Shown here: positions 48,050 through 60,720 of the stretch, in pieces | Position numbering within the stretch: the first letter of the stretch is position 1 | How the letters are laid out: the number at the start of each line of letters is the position of its first letter | Assembly: GCA_964187785.1 (NCBI GenBank) | Contig: OZ076409.1 | Location: 59,026,001 to 59,090,000 of the forward strand | Source: Amphiscolops sp. MND2022 | Taxonomy: Eukaryota | Length of the DNA stretch: 64,000 nucleotides | Reading direction: 5' to 3' | Notes under the pieces: model-generated | The model's input: only the letters and a program-made list of their open reading frames with translations | Told to the model about the DNA's origin: nothing | Databases searched by the model: none | Program-made: the position numbers and the translations under genes

Positions 48050-51000
48050 ATAAAAGGAACACTGTAATTAAAAATGAAGAAGGTTTAAAAGTATTAGACA
48101 AGACGAAAACTCTGAAGGTGATGAACGCTGCTTAAATCGGTAGTTGCTCCAACATTTTTTTCCATATTCAGGAAAGTTGATTTCGGCTATCATGTTTGTG
48201 AGATAGAAGTTTTAAATTTTGATTTTGGAGTAGCGAAAAGGCACTGTTTTGCGTATATTTTTTAGCAGGTTGTTCCACAGGGGTGCAGTTTTCTTGAAAA
48301 AATGAAACAAACTGTTTCTCAGAAAATCAGATCGACGAAAGATATTGAAGTAAAGAGTCTCGGGTCTGGATTGTTTTCGTATTTTGCCAGTCTCCAATTG
48401 TGAGTCTCGGAACGCCGGGATTAGGTTGTTTTTCATTTTCCAAAAGTATGATAATGATTTGTTTTTAAGGAAATTTCGGATAGGTAGGATGTTGTGTTTG
48501 ATCCTAAGATCTGATGATCGATCGTATTTTGTTCGATTAGAACACGCTTTTATTCCCCAATTCAGTTGTTTCTCTATGGTCTTATTGAGATTTTGAGTTA
48601 AGCCATTCAACAAAAATACCGGGTAGTGGAGATGACTGATTACGAGGGCATTCAATAGCAGAAAACGAACTTTTTCAGGAAAAAAGTCTGTGATGGAATA
48701 CAGAGTTTTGATTCTGCATGCCATTTTCCGGAATATATGCTTAGCTTCTTCTTGGAATGTTAGATTTTGGTCCAAGTAGACACCCAAATACTTGATGGTG
48801 CTATTCGAACGAATGATTTCATCTTTAACAATCAAGTTGGTACATTTGTATTTATTATTTTTGTTTGTGGTTTGGAAGGTGATAAATTTGGTTTTGTCTG
48901 CGTTCAATGTAAATTGATGCTTTTCAAGAAAATCACAATTATTGTTAACGTTTAGTTCCAGTGATTCAACTGCTGATTCAGTTATTCTACTTGAGGTAAA
49001 GACCCTGGTATCATCCGCGTATAGCACAACGGTGCATTTGTGATCAATACAAGTATATTAACTGTTCACGTATATGCTGAAGAGAAGAGGCCATAAAACT
49101 GTACCCTGTGGAACACCTTGATTTATTTGGATCCAATCAGAGGTGCAACTGGGAAGTATCACTTTTTGGATTCTGTATCTGAGGAAACAGTTTATCATTG
49201 ATACTGCGTTGCTAACAAAATTTAGTGTTTACAATTTTTCGAGAAGGATGTCGCGTGAGATTGAATCAAAAGCTTTTGAAAGATCTAGGAACGCAGCGCA
49301 AACAATTTCTTTGTGGTTACTTTTCTTTCGTATGTTTTCTGTGGCTTATAAGAGTGCGTCCGTAGTTGAAAATTTCCTGCGGAATCCATATTGTGTTTTG
49401 CTCAGCAGTTTATGCTGCGTAAGATTTTCAGATATTTGTTAATGTAGAACTTTTGCGAACAATTTCGCAAATACGAGAGTGATAGAGATAGGCCTGTAGT
49501 TAATGGGATTTTCGCGGTCACTTTTTTTAAAATAGGGATTACAAATGCTGATATCAAGTGATTCGGGAACTTTGATTCTTCAATGAATACATTAATTAAA
49601 AAACATTGTGGTTCAGCAATGATGTTTAAGCAGTCTTTCAACGCACATGCGGGTATATTGGATGGCCCTTTGTGTTTGTTTTTTTTCATAGTTTTCAGAT
49701 GTCTCTTGCATTCATTAAGACTAATAGGATGAAACGCGAAAGGTGCGCTAGTTTTCGATTCGTGTGAGCTTTCAGTGTATGGTTTTTGTTTCTTACATAG
49801 TCGCCTAGTTTTGAAATCCTATAAATGACTAAATTAGCTATTTTTGTTTGGTCAGTTACGAGGCCACCTAATGAGTTCCGTAAACTGTTTATTTTGGTCT
49901 TTGTCTTCTTACAATTACGGGCTTCAATTATAAAATTCCATTTGTCTTTATCACCTTCAAGATTGTTAAAGACTTTTATCTGGTCCTGAAATCGATTTTC
50001 TTCGATTTTGTTTAGAAATTGTTTAATACACTTTTTGATAATTCACGTCATTGGGATCCATACTCATTGTCATTTTGTTATAGAGTTTCTTAGTTTCAGC
50101 AGTTATCCATTTTTTGTGGAGCCATAGTTCGTTTTTATCGTTACGAATGAACACTTTCCTTTTTTGTATGCATTTTCGTGAAGCATTTTCAAAAATATCA
50201 GTGAATGCTGAAAACATTCCTTCAGCGCATATTTGATTATAGAAGTTACTGCAATCCGAATATGAAGAGATGGGTCCTCAAAATTTCAGGCCGATAATTC
50301 CGTTTATCGAAGATTTTTTTTAATCGTTACTCGTGCTTGAGAGTTCTTTTTTATGTTTGTAATTACCGATGTAGCAAAATGGTCCACTTCCGTTTTTGAA
50401 GGTTCTTAGCGGTGTCAGTTACATATGTGACTGCGACTTCAATCGTTGGCAGAGTTGATATTATGTAGTCTACGGGTGATTTTGAAGTAAGTCCGATTCG
50501 TGTTGGCTCCTTTGTGTTAAGAATATGAACGCCGTAAGGAATTGTTATTGTTTCTAGGCATTGAAGTTCTTTATGGTTGAAAAATTCATGTTGAAACCGC
50601 CCACGAGAGTGATTGGTTTTTTTTCAACGATAGCTATATCGACGCTAGTTGATACTTCTTCAGAAAAAGATCAATTAAATATTTCGAAGGGTTGTAGCTA
50701 ATATTGATGACCTGTTTGTTTTTATTTGTAGGATCGTTTTTGAAATTACATTCATCCCAAAGACATTCAAATTGGTTTTCGTTCATGCCATTTAAGTCAT
50801 TTCGTGACTTTGGGTTCAATGTTTTTGGTATTATAAGAATAACTCCACCTCCTTTGGTTTTGTTACCGAGGTTTCTATCGAACCTTAATGTTTTGAAGCG
50901 GTCTCTGTTCAATTCCCAAAGTTTTTGATCATTAGATTCTTTCAAACAAGTTTCGGATAATCCGTATACTGTGTTGTCTCCTAGGCCATTCAAGATGATC

Positions 51001-51050
51001 TGTATTTGTTTTTTTTCTGTACGATACTTCGGCAATTGACATGGAAGAAT
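48050..51050 (-). mobile_element. Decayed non-LTR retrotransposon (L2/CR1-group LINE) ORF2: APE endonuclease and RT
   Basis: Endonuclease motifs YGLSETCL, DR..KGGGVILII and ISYNP (ORF 50634-51326). RT motifs FLDLSKAFDSI, GVPQGTVL.PLLF and LYADDT, then KYLGVYLDQNLTF (ORF 48212-49027). Confidence 0.92.
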
Positions 51051-51362
51051 TTGGTATTCTTCGATGTTTTCAGGAATTCTTGCGAAAACTTTTCGAAGTT
51101 TACGGTTGGTCCAGGGTTCATTTCGATATCTCCCGAACCTAATAAGCATTTGATTTTGATTTAGTAAAGACCAGTCACTTTTACGGGCCTCTTGAACAAA
51201 AGTTTTTTCACAGTAAAATTCGAAATAGATTGTCGAAAGTTGGAAAATCTCAGTAATTTTAAGAGACATCAGTTTCATAGCTGGCTGGAACAGTAATAGC
51301 CCTAGAAACAAACTTGATCGAAACACACAAATGTATTAAAACTGAAATGAGAAATTTACTTA

Positions 51363-51562
51363 NNNNNNNNNNNNNNNNNNNNNNNNNNNNNNNNNNNNNN
51401 NNNNNNNNNNNNNNNNNNNNNNNNNNNNNNNNNNNNNNNNNNNNNNNNNNNNNNNNNNNNNNNNNNNNNNNNNNNNNNNNNNNNNNNNNNNNNNNNNNNN
51501 NNNNNNNNNNNNNNNNNNNNNNNNNNNNNNNNNNNNNNNNNNNNNNNNNNNNNNNNNNNNNN
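51363..51562. other. Assembly gap (200 N)
   Basis: A run of exactly 200 N, probably a scaffolding placeholder of unknown true size. Confidence 0.99.
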
Positions 51563-53150
51563 GAACAAACGGCGCGTGGACATAATGTCCGCTAATAATA
51601 GCATTGTATTAGAGCGCTCAGCAGAATGCCGAGATGTGATTGTTTGAAATTAATTTGGACTGCTTGTCCACAGCGATAGGAGAGGAAACACTTTGAACGC
51701 GTTTCCTCTACCTGTACGCCTTGGTGTCCAATTCATAGCACATCTGATTATATTTACATGTTTTAAAATATAACTGAACAAGCAATACGGTAACTAACTG
51801 TATGCAACTACATGTTATAACATAAACCAGTAAAACAAAACAGTTTTATCGTATGTCTGCCTTGGACTTCTTGGCTCGATTGTCGATGTTTTCTCAATCT
51901 AGTGGAAATGTTCCGGGTAGAGCCCTGCAATAACCATTTGCGACCGTGTACCAATTACCATCGCAGGCGGCCGCCTGCGACAGGTAGTCCAAAAAGTGAA
52001 ACTTTTGAGGGCCTGGTCGTGGTCTTTAGCAGACACTTATGTTGCTCAAAGTTGCTCTATGTCCACAGCTGTCTCAGTCGTTCGTTACATAAAAAACTAA
52101 TCATCGAACTTTTTTGTCAGAGAGATTTCCTCAAGCTCCAGAAATTCTTATTGAAAAACAAGTTTTAAAATGTTTTACAATCTTCACAACACTTTGAAAA
52201 TTTTTTAGGCGGTGTCTTAAGAGTGATGTGGAGAATCATTTGAAAAATAATCTCCACATCAAATATTCAAGCAATTGCTGCAATTTTTTCGTGTTCTTGA
52301 TCATCAAGATATTTCACTAATAAGAGAATATTATATGAATGTATATACTTAGAGGATTGTCTCTACAGCTGTTTGGACACATCTGGTAAAAAATACCATA
52401 ATTCTTATATATTATTGTCCAAAATAGCAGAAATTCACGTTTGGAACAAGCTAAAATTGTAGCTAAAATTGAATAGCTAAAACAAGCTAAAAAATACTCC
52501 TATTTCAGCGCAAATTTTGCCAGCTATAAAATCTAATGAGCAACTTTTAACTGACAGTCAATGTAATGGATACGATTATGTCGACATCAGTTATTTTATT
52601 GGACCCAAATTTCAGCGCAAACGACGTCGACGTAATGGTATTTGAACCTTCTGTCTTATTCCAAACCCCTCTGTCTTCTTCGAAATGTCTCAGACATTCT
52701 TGAAAAACGATGAGTGTTTTCAATTGAAATGTTTTCCAATGAAAAAAGGATTTCGATTGATCTTTGAAAGCTTCTAGATCTTGAAGTTCTAATTTTTTTT
52801 CACAAAGAACTGAATCCGAAGAGCTGAAAAGCAACGCGATTTGATGCAGTATGATGATGATTATGATGTTGATGCAAATGTCTCTCTTCATTGTAAGCAT
52901 ATCTTATTTGTGGATAGTTTACATCCTGTTGCTGTTGTTATTTGGTTTTGGTGAACAAAACTTGAGATTTCTGGGAGGCTCTAGTTGAATGAATTCGTGG
53001 GGTAGTTCTCTATGCTAATTTCATGTATACAAGGCTACATGTTTTATTTACAAAAGATGGAAAATTATGAGAACCTGCTTGAAAAAACTTTGTAGGATAT
53101 CAATTCGACAATTTCTACTATTTCAATCATTTTTGAAAACATTTCAACTT

Positions 53151-53250
53151 CTTAACAGTCGACTGTTAAGCGTACCTGAATAATTTAAGAGTGGAGAAGT
53201 GATCGAGATCTCAATCACTTTTCCACACTTGAATTATTCAGGTACGCTTA
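53151..53250. repeat. Overlapping palindromes: perfect 20 bp (53151-53170) and near-perfect 84 bp (53167-53250)
   Basis: CTTAACAGTCGACTGTTAAG; and TAAGCGTACCTGAATAATT...GAGATCTC...AATTATTCAGGTACGCTTA. Confidence 0.9.
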
Positions 53251-53286
53251 TGTATTAACGCTAATCACCGGGATACTTTCCACCTA

Positions 53287-54252
53287 CCCGGGTTGACCCT
53301 CCATGGATATCTTAGTAAGATCTTGGCAAGATCTTGTCAAGATCTTAGAACAATCTTGGATAAGATCTTGTGAAGATCTTGCCATGGTATTCATTTTGCC
53401 ATGGTAAGATCTTATCAAGAGAGCCATGTTCCCAAGAAAAATTTCTTTGTAAAATACTATTTGGCCAGAAAAAATCTGAAAGGAAGTCAACAAAAATCAA
53501 CATCTCTGAAGATTCACATTATTAGACATGGCAATTTTCTGTTCGCAAGGTACAAAATTTGATTGAAAAGTCCTGATGATGTTTAGAGAGGCACTGATTA
53601 AATTGTCCTGTCAATTGCAAAACTGTCGCCAACAATGGCGTCAGATAAGCCACGAGCTGAATCATTACCCAAAATGGCACTATGACCGCCGTTTCTAGCA
53701 GTAATAAGGCTGCTGAAACAGGTTCAAAGAAAGTTAGAGATATGATTTTACAAAAATTTCCGGATTTTTAGGTGTTTCCTGTGTAAATTTCCGATAATGG
53801 TTCAGGACCTTTGGGAGCATTTTTCTCCGTCTCTGGAATCGACAGGAGCAATAAATTACATTAGTAAAAAATTAGTAAATTATTAGTATTCTTGTCAGAA
53901 TTTCGGAAGCCAGAATACGTTATCGTAATTTTTCGTACAATTTTGCATGCAAAATTTTCTCATTAGGTTGAAGCATTTTGATTGTGAAAACGAGTAGAAA
54001 TAGTCGTTTTTGGGTGAAATGAGCCTTCAGATTGAGTCTCGGCTGCTTGTACCGAAGGTATAGTGTTTATCGTAATCTTAGATTTTCAAAAATTTTGTCC
54101 ATCGTGATAAGATACGATCTTGGAATAATGTATTATCTTAGTAAGATCTTAGTAAGAATCTTGTCATGGGATCCATGGTTGCCAAGATGTAGTAAGAATT
54201 TGGCAAGATCTTGCCAAGACAGCCAAGATGCTAGTAACAGGGTCAACCCGGG
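53287..54252. mobile_element. MITE with perfect 14 bp TIR CCCGGGTTGACCCT, TA flanks and subterminal AAGATCTT arrays
   Basis: TA|CCCGGGTTGACCCT...AGGGTCAACCCGGG|TA, with many AAGATCTT motifs near both ends. Confidence 0.88.
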
Positions 54253-54267
54253 TAGTCAAAAAAGTCA

Positions 54268-54339
54268 GGCAATTGCGAGATTCGAACCCACCATCTACTG
54301 CTTGATAGGCGGATGCACTATCACCTGAGCCAACGGAAC
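54268..54339 (-). pseudogene. tRNA-derived fragment (SINE head or tRNA pseudogene)
   Basis: Minus strand shows an A-box-like TGGCTCAGGTGATA and a B-box GGTTCGAATCT at tRNA spacing. The acceptor stem does not pair. Confidence 0.6.
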
Positions 54340-56761
54340 TAAAATAGCAACTAACTGAAGTCGACATTGTGGAGATTTTGCAGATTTTGGAAAAAAGCGC
54401 AACACAGATGATGATTTCCCTTCCCATATTCAATCAAACTTTTGGGGGCGGAAATTAAAAACTTGTAAAGTGTTGCAGACTTTCAACCAGGGTGTGTTTT
54501 GCTTTCATCAGAGTAGAACCACTTTTTGGAGTAACGTTTTTAGAAGATAGCTAGGCTTTGGTAAAGAAAAATTCGAGCAATTGAAGACTTGCATCTCACT
54601 ACTTCTGAAGATTGTATGGGTCTTTTGGTAGATTGGAATTGTCCCATTTGCTAAAACACTATCGCTTGAAGCTTTTCCGCTGTTTGTCAGAAAGTAACCT
54701 TGGTATGTTTTGAGCACAGGCAGAAGTGACTCATTCTAGGTGAAAAACAAGTCGGGAACATAACATCAATTGACACATGGAAGAGACAAAGTTTATTGGC
54801 ATCGAAAGTTTGATAATTTGATATGCTACAAATTGGGTTTAATTTTCATCGATATAAAATTTAATAGCGCTACGAGACAAAAATACCCATTGTGGCGAAA
54901 CTGATCAAAGAAACATCGAGCAAATTGGTTGAAACGTATTTCCAATATTGCACGACTCTATTTGGTTATGTTGTTATACATTTATTATCTCAATACTGTC
55001 AACACTTGGAGAAATATTTCAAATTTTTTCAAATTTTGGTCATTTACACTGTTATAGTTGAAAACATTAACAGTTTCGATGATAGTTTTCTTCAAATGAT
55101 GCTTCCTATTGGTTACTGTTGCGCGAAAGACTATGAAATTCAATCATTGCAATGAAAGCTCCATAGACAAACTAGTAATTTTGAGTAACATAAATAATGA
55201 AACAGCAATCTATATGCTACACAAAATATAAACATTTTTTTGGTTCATAACCACGAATTTTGAAATGAATATTCACACAAATTGCGAAGAATTATTGCCT
55301 ATAGGCAAAGTTACCTACCACCAAATTTTTATTTAATAATAGGCGATCGAAAGAGGAGTGAATGTTCTGATCAGAAGGTCATTCGAAGGACAAAGGTCAT
55401 GTTATATACATGAACGAGTAACCCTGGCACATCCATTTCAATCAAGTATTGGCTCTTGAATTTTTCTTGAAATAGACTTTTTCGATCCTCTATTGTTTGA
55501 TTACAAATAACATGACTTTAGACAGCTGTACAGCTGACTTTAGACAGCTTACAACTCTGCACAGCAATTTTGATGAGATTTTCTACATTTCGGTAATTAA
55601 TGTTTCCACGAAAGGCAACTGCTCTATTGATCCAGAAATATAAAACACAATTTATTAAAAACTGCTCTACCGATTAACGAGAATGATTTATAAAACAATT
55701 GTCGTATTTTAGATCAACACATAATATCGGGAAAATCAATCACACAATAAAGAAAATATATTTTTAATTACCTGTCTTGGTACGGCTGAAACAAGCCCCG
55801 CGGTCGTAGAGACGTCAAAAATTTTCACACTTAATGTAGATGCGAGGTTTTCTGATGGTTTCAACTGACTTGCAATTTCAAACATTTATCTTATTCTTAT
55901 GAATTTAATTTGCTGCAAAACAAAGTTTGTCGTTTTAGCCGAGCGCAGCCTGTTGTCTCTAATTTTCCATTGTCCGATTCTGCTATTTGTTTACATTTTG
56001 TGACATTTCTGCGGTTAGTCAACTTTGATCGTAATTTATTCCCTAGGCTTCAATAGATACGCGTTTCATTATTCCAAAAAAGTTCGACAAAGGAACCGAA
56101 GATTATTGTCTGAAGAAAAAAATCAACAGATTTAGAAATCTTGCTCTAGACAAAAATGGCATAAAAAATCGATGACTTCCTTGTTTTCAGTAGTTACGTT
56201 GAAGTAGTTTCAATTCTGTACAAGACATACTCCACACTTAAGTTCTGCTCAGTTTGAATTTCCGCACTGCAGTTTTTCTAGAAAAATGCAAAAAGTTTCA
56301 GCATTTTCCCTTTTCTATATTTATCAGCTTCATATCTGAAAACTGGAGACAATTGCAGTGATTTGTCAATACTTAAATCAATAAGCAACAGATTTAAGCC
56401 ACATTGCAGCTGAAAATGGCTCCGCATTCGTAATTTTACGGCCAAAATATTGTTTGCTTCGGACTCTTTAAAAGTTGTAGCTTTCTGAGAAACTACTAAT
56501 ACCCCGCTCTGTTTTTTTGATTGGATCTTCTCGGTTCTAACAACGCAATTCAAAAGGCAAGACAGAACCACAATGCTTATCCAATGGAGAAGAAGAATGA
56601 GCTATTCAAGTCTTCGCTCTAGAGAACCAACTTGACATAATGGTTGGTTGGGAACTATTCTGAGAGGTTTAGGTTTTCTTGAATTATCATTTCATGTAAT
56701 AACAAGACCTTAACTTCTAAAGTCGGCGCTATATCTAAGGCTCAAAAAGATCGATCATACG

Positions 56762-56908
56762 CCTCCTCTCCTCCTCCCCCTCCTCCTCCTCCTCCTCCTC
56801 CTCCTCCTCCTCCTCCTCCTCCTCCTCCTCCTCCTCCTCCTCCTCCTCCTCCTCCTCCTCCTCCTCCTCCTCCTCCTCCTCCTCCTCCTCCTCCTCCTCC
56901 TCCTCCTC
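56762..56908 (+). repeat. (CCT)n microsatellite, ~147 bp
   Basis: Direct reading. It lies inside a HINE-like fragment beginning ~56720. Confidence 0.98.
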
Positions 56909-58612
56909 GTAGATTTAAATTATTTCGGATATAACGTCAAAAGTTTGGATATCGCGCTTTACTCCGGATATTACGTCGAGATTTCGGAAAGTATTGAATG
57001 AAAATATTGGTGGGTATATATTGAGAAAATTTAATTTCAGACAAAAAAGAATTTTGAAACCGTCTCAAAGTGCCCAATGTAAAAGGGGAGACCCATTGGG
57101 CTTTTGAAACTCCAGTTTGTTGCAAAATATCGTAAAATGAAGGGGGGACCCTTTGGAGACAAAAAAGACCCTACAGTCTCGTCCTGTTTTATGTTTAACG
57201 TTAAGAATGGAGTAAAAGAAAGGGGACCCTTTGCACTAACTTAGATGCGTTTCCGTTTGCCGGTCCAGTAGTTTAGTTCTGTAAAAAGTGTCCACTACGC
57301 ATACATTATGCTCTCTGACGAACAAAGAAGAAACAAAATTGCCATTGTATTAATCGTGCTTTTTCATTGGGTTTCTTTCTTCAATTTTTTTCAGTCTGGT
57401 CAAAATTACTATACAATTTTACAAAATGCCAAAAGTCAAAATCATTCCAAAAGTCCTCCGTTTCATTTTTGATCAGCGCTTCATGAAGTCAAGCGCGACT
57501 ATACTACTGACTTTTTCAATTCTAACGAGCTGACCAAAATAGTTTTACAAAGTTCAATGGAACTTTTTGGTGCCAAATTGGAGCATTTGACACAAGGAAC
57601 TGAAACATGAAAGTTGTTCCTTTTTTTCAGCGTACCATATCCTTTCAGTTATTTCGGCATTGTGAGACATTTTTCAAAAAAACTCTCCAATGGGTCCACC
57701 CTCCAAGTTTTTTGATGATCGGCGACAGAATGAACGTCGAAAAAGTCAAAGGGTCCCACTTTCAGCTTTTTCGGCATTGTGAGACTTTTTTTCATAATTT
57801 TTTTGTCTCCAAAGGGTCCCCCTTAAATTTTTCTGCGATTTTGCGACAGAATGGGTGTTAAACAATCCAAGAGGGTTCCCATTTTAGCGCGTCAATGGCC
57901 TGCGCTAGCGGCCCCCGGTGTGCCAATTCGGTCCATCTTTTAAGAATACTTGACACTTTGAAGTCCTTTTACTATTTTTGAGCGTTAGTTACGGAGCCGA
58001 CTTATGCCGATCCCGGCTCGGTATATTTAGTTTTCAGATTACAAGCATTTTATATTTTCATTTTTGGTTCAATGCGATTTTGTTCGAAAAAGTTCCGAAT
58101 TAACAAATGGATCCTGTGAGATTTACAAAACCTAAAAGACACTCCTCAAAAACACTTCCTAAAAGTTTCGTAAACCTCCGCTTTTTAAACCTTCAGCGGG
58201 GCCCTTTTCTGCCGTTCCCGCCTGCTTGTTCCTGAATCACACATAGCTAAATTCGGAACTTAAAAACATTGACGCTAGAAACAGCGCGTGAAATTTTGGC
58301 GTATGACACAATTTTTGACACTGAACAATTGAGTATCCTGTTGAGCAAATTTGGCTTTTTTGAGGCAATTCAGCCTAACACCGTAGGTAAGGATAGAGGT
58401 AGGATGAAAAAGGATTTGAGATGTTGCCGGAATTCGATCTCAGCATGTCTGCTCGTAAGGCTTTCCATTAGTCGATCTCGCTCCACCTAAGTATCCTGTC
58501 GGTGCGGTCAGCGTCGTCTGAAGAAAAAAATCCAACATGAGAACAGACATAGCAGTGTGGTTATTTTTGTCTTGGTGTAAATGAGTAGAAGGAAATCTTC
58601 CACTATGCGATT

Positions 58613-60720
58613 ATTATTTTCCGCCCATATTTCATATGGGAAAGGATAATATTTAAATCAGACGGTTTTTTTTACAAAATTTAAAAGTTGCCAACACCAA
58701 ATTTATATTTAACTTTAAGGGTGTTACCCATAGAATTCAACTCACATAAATTTAGCTTCGTGCAATATGTATTTGTGGAGATTTCTGGAGACTTTTTTGG
58801 TTGACCCCAAGGACACCAGAATGACCCAAAAATGAGAAAATTTGCAAAAATTTCCAATTTTTTACGTTTGAAAGCAGTTTTAGTCAAATTTTCGATGGAC
58901 TTCGTGGATTAGAATGTTGGAAACGCTCAGCATGGCACCAATTCGTTTGTTCAGTAGGCTTTCCCGAAGAGCTAATAGCCGTCTTCCGAATGAAAAAGAT
59001 CTCAAATTGACACAGAAAATGACAAAAAAACAAAAAGTATTCCATTTTTCAGAGCTTTTATGCAATATTTGTCAAATTTTCGACAAACTTCGTTGTCCAT
59101 TAGGCTTTTCCAAAGAGTTTATTGCAGTTTTCTAAATGAAAAATGTCCCAAATTAGCACCGACAATGACAAACAAGCCGGGAACGGCCCAAGTTGGCGCC
59201 ATATCTAATAAGGCTCAAAAATAGCAAAAGGACTTCAAAGTGTCAAGTACTCTCCTCTACAGTACCCAAAAAAAATTTCCAATTTTTTTTGAAGTTTTTG
59301 AAGTTTCTGGTAAGTCGCATTGTACCGAAAAAAGTAAAAGGGGCCCTTTGGCTGTTTTTCAACATCCATTCTTTTGCAAAATAGGGAAAAAATGAAGGGT
59401 TGACCCTTCGGAGACATTAAAAAATTGCGAAAAAAATCTCACAATCCGAAAAAAATCTACACAAAAAAATTTGGTCAAGGGCGGGACTCGAACCCATGTC
59501 CTTCCGCTTGGCAGACCTCAAAAAGCCGTAACCTCTATGCCAGTGTGGTTTAGTGTTAGTGCCAGACAATGTTAGTGCCAGACAGCAGTGTTAGTGCTTA
59601 CTTATAAAATTTATAAAATCTGTCTGCTCGTTGGTCTTAAAAAAAGAAAAGTCACTACTATAGTCTGCGTTTTTCTTCGAAAAACGCCGACTAAAAACAC
59701 AAATTTTCCGATTTTCAAAGTTTTTATGCTATTCATGTTGAAGTTTGGCAGAATCCGTGGATTGGAATGTTGAAACGTTCTTCAATGTGAAATTTGTTGT
59801 CCAGTAGTCTCATTTGTAGAGATATTGCAGTTTTCTGAATGAAAAATGTCTCAAATTGACTCCGAAAATCAAAAAACCCAAAATGTTCCAATTTTCAAAG
59901 TTTTATGCCTTTTTTGTTAAAGTTTCGACAGACTTCCTGGAGAGGAATGTTTGAAAGGATAAACAAAGGAAAGGATTGGTTGTCCATTAGTCTTTTATGA
60001 AAAAATAATTGCAGTTTTTCAATTGAAAAATGTCTCAAACTGATACCAAAAATAACAAAAAGTCCGCAATTTTCTAATTTTAAAAGTTTTTATGCATTTT
60101 CTCCCAAATTTTTGACAGACTTCGTTCGTGGATTGTAATATTGAGAAGGGCCAACAAGAAACGAATGTGTTGTCCAGCATGCTTAGAGAAGAGATAGGTT
60201 CAGTTTTTCAAATGAAAATTGCCTGGATTTGACATCGAGAAAGACAAAAATTCAAAAATTTTCGATTTTCGCCATTTTTGTTCAAATTTTGTCAAACTAT
60301 CGATAAAAGTCGCAGACTAGTTAAAACCCATAAACAATGGGGCAATTTATTGTTTCGGTGAGCCTTCGTCAGGAGATTGTCGAAATTTCTCGAAAAATTT
60401 CAAGTCTTTGTCGGTTTCGATGCAATTTCTGTACAGTTTTCGAGAGATTTCGTTAGAAGTTCCAATACAATTAACAATGAAAGATCAAGCTATGCAACAA
60501 GTTTTTTGAAGAGAACGTTGAAATGTTTTGTTTCAAAAACACTTCAGAATGACTCCAAATGAGTCAACAAATTTCAACATATCTTTTTTGTACAACTTGT
60601 ATACTTTTTGAAGCGTTTTTGAGTCAGAATGTTGGCAATCGTTCATCAAAGTTTCGAATCAAAATCCGGGAGGTTTTTAAAAAAGTATTTGCGGACTGTG
60701 GTTGGAAAACGGCTCGAAAC
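58613..60720 (+). repeat. Second copy of the 28853 repeat, interrupted by a HINE
   Basis: Colinear similarity with 28853-30330. Confidence 0.78.
59171..59697 (-). mobile_element. Helentron/DINE-1-like element inserted in an A-run; carries a tRNA-like B-box
   Basis: AACAAGCCGGGAACGGCCCAAGTTGGCGCC...ACTATAGTC...CGCCGACTAAAAA, with GGGACTCGAACCC at ~59483. Confidence 0.72.

Noticed and set aside
51314..51604. ORFs spanning the N run
   Set aside because: These are artefacts of translating the assembly gap.
54268..54339. Functional tRNA gene
   Set aside because: A- and B-box-like motifs are present, but the acceptor and anticodon stems do not pair properly.
56762..56908. Poly-Pro or poly-Glu coding tract
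   Set aside because: It is a pure microsatellite embedded in a non-coding transposon fragment with no flanking ORF.
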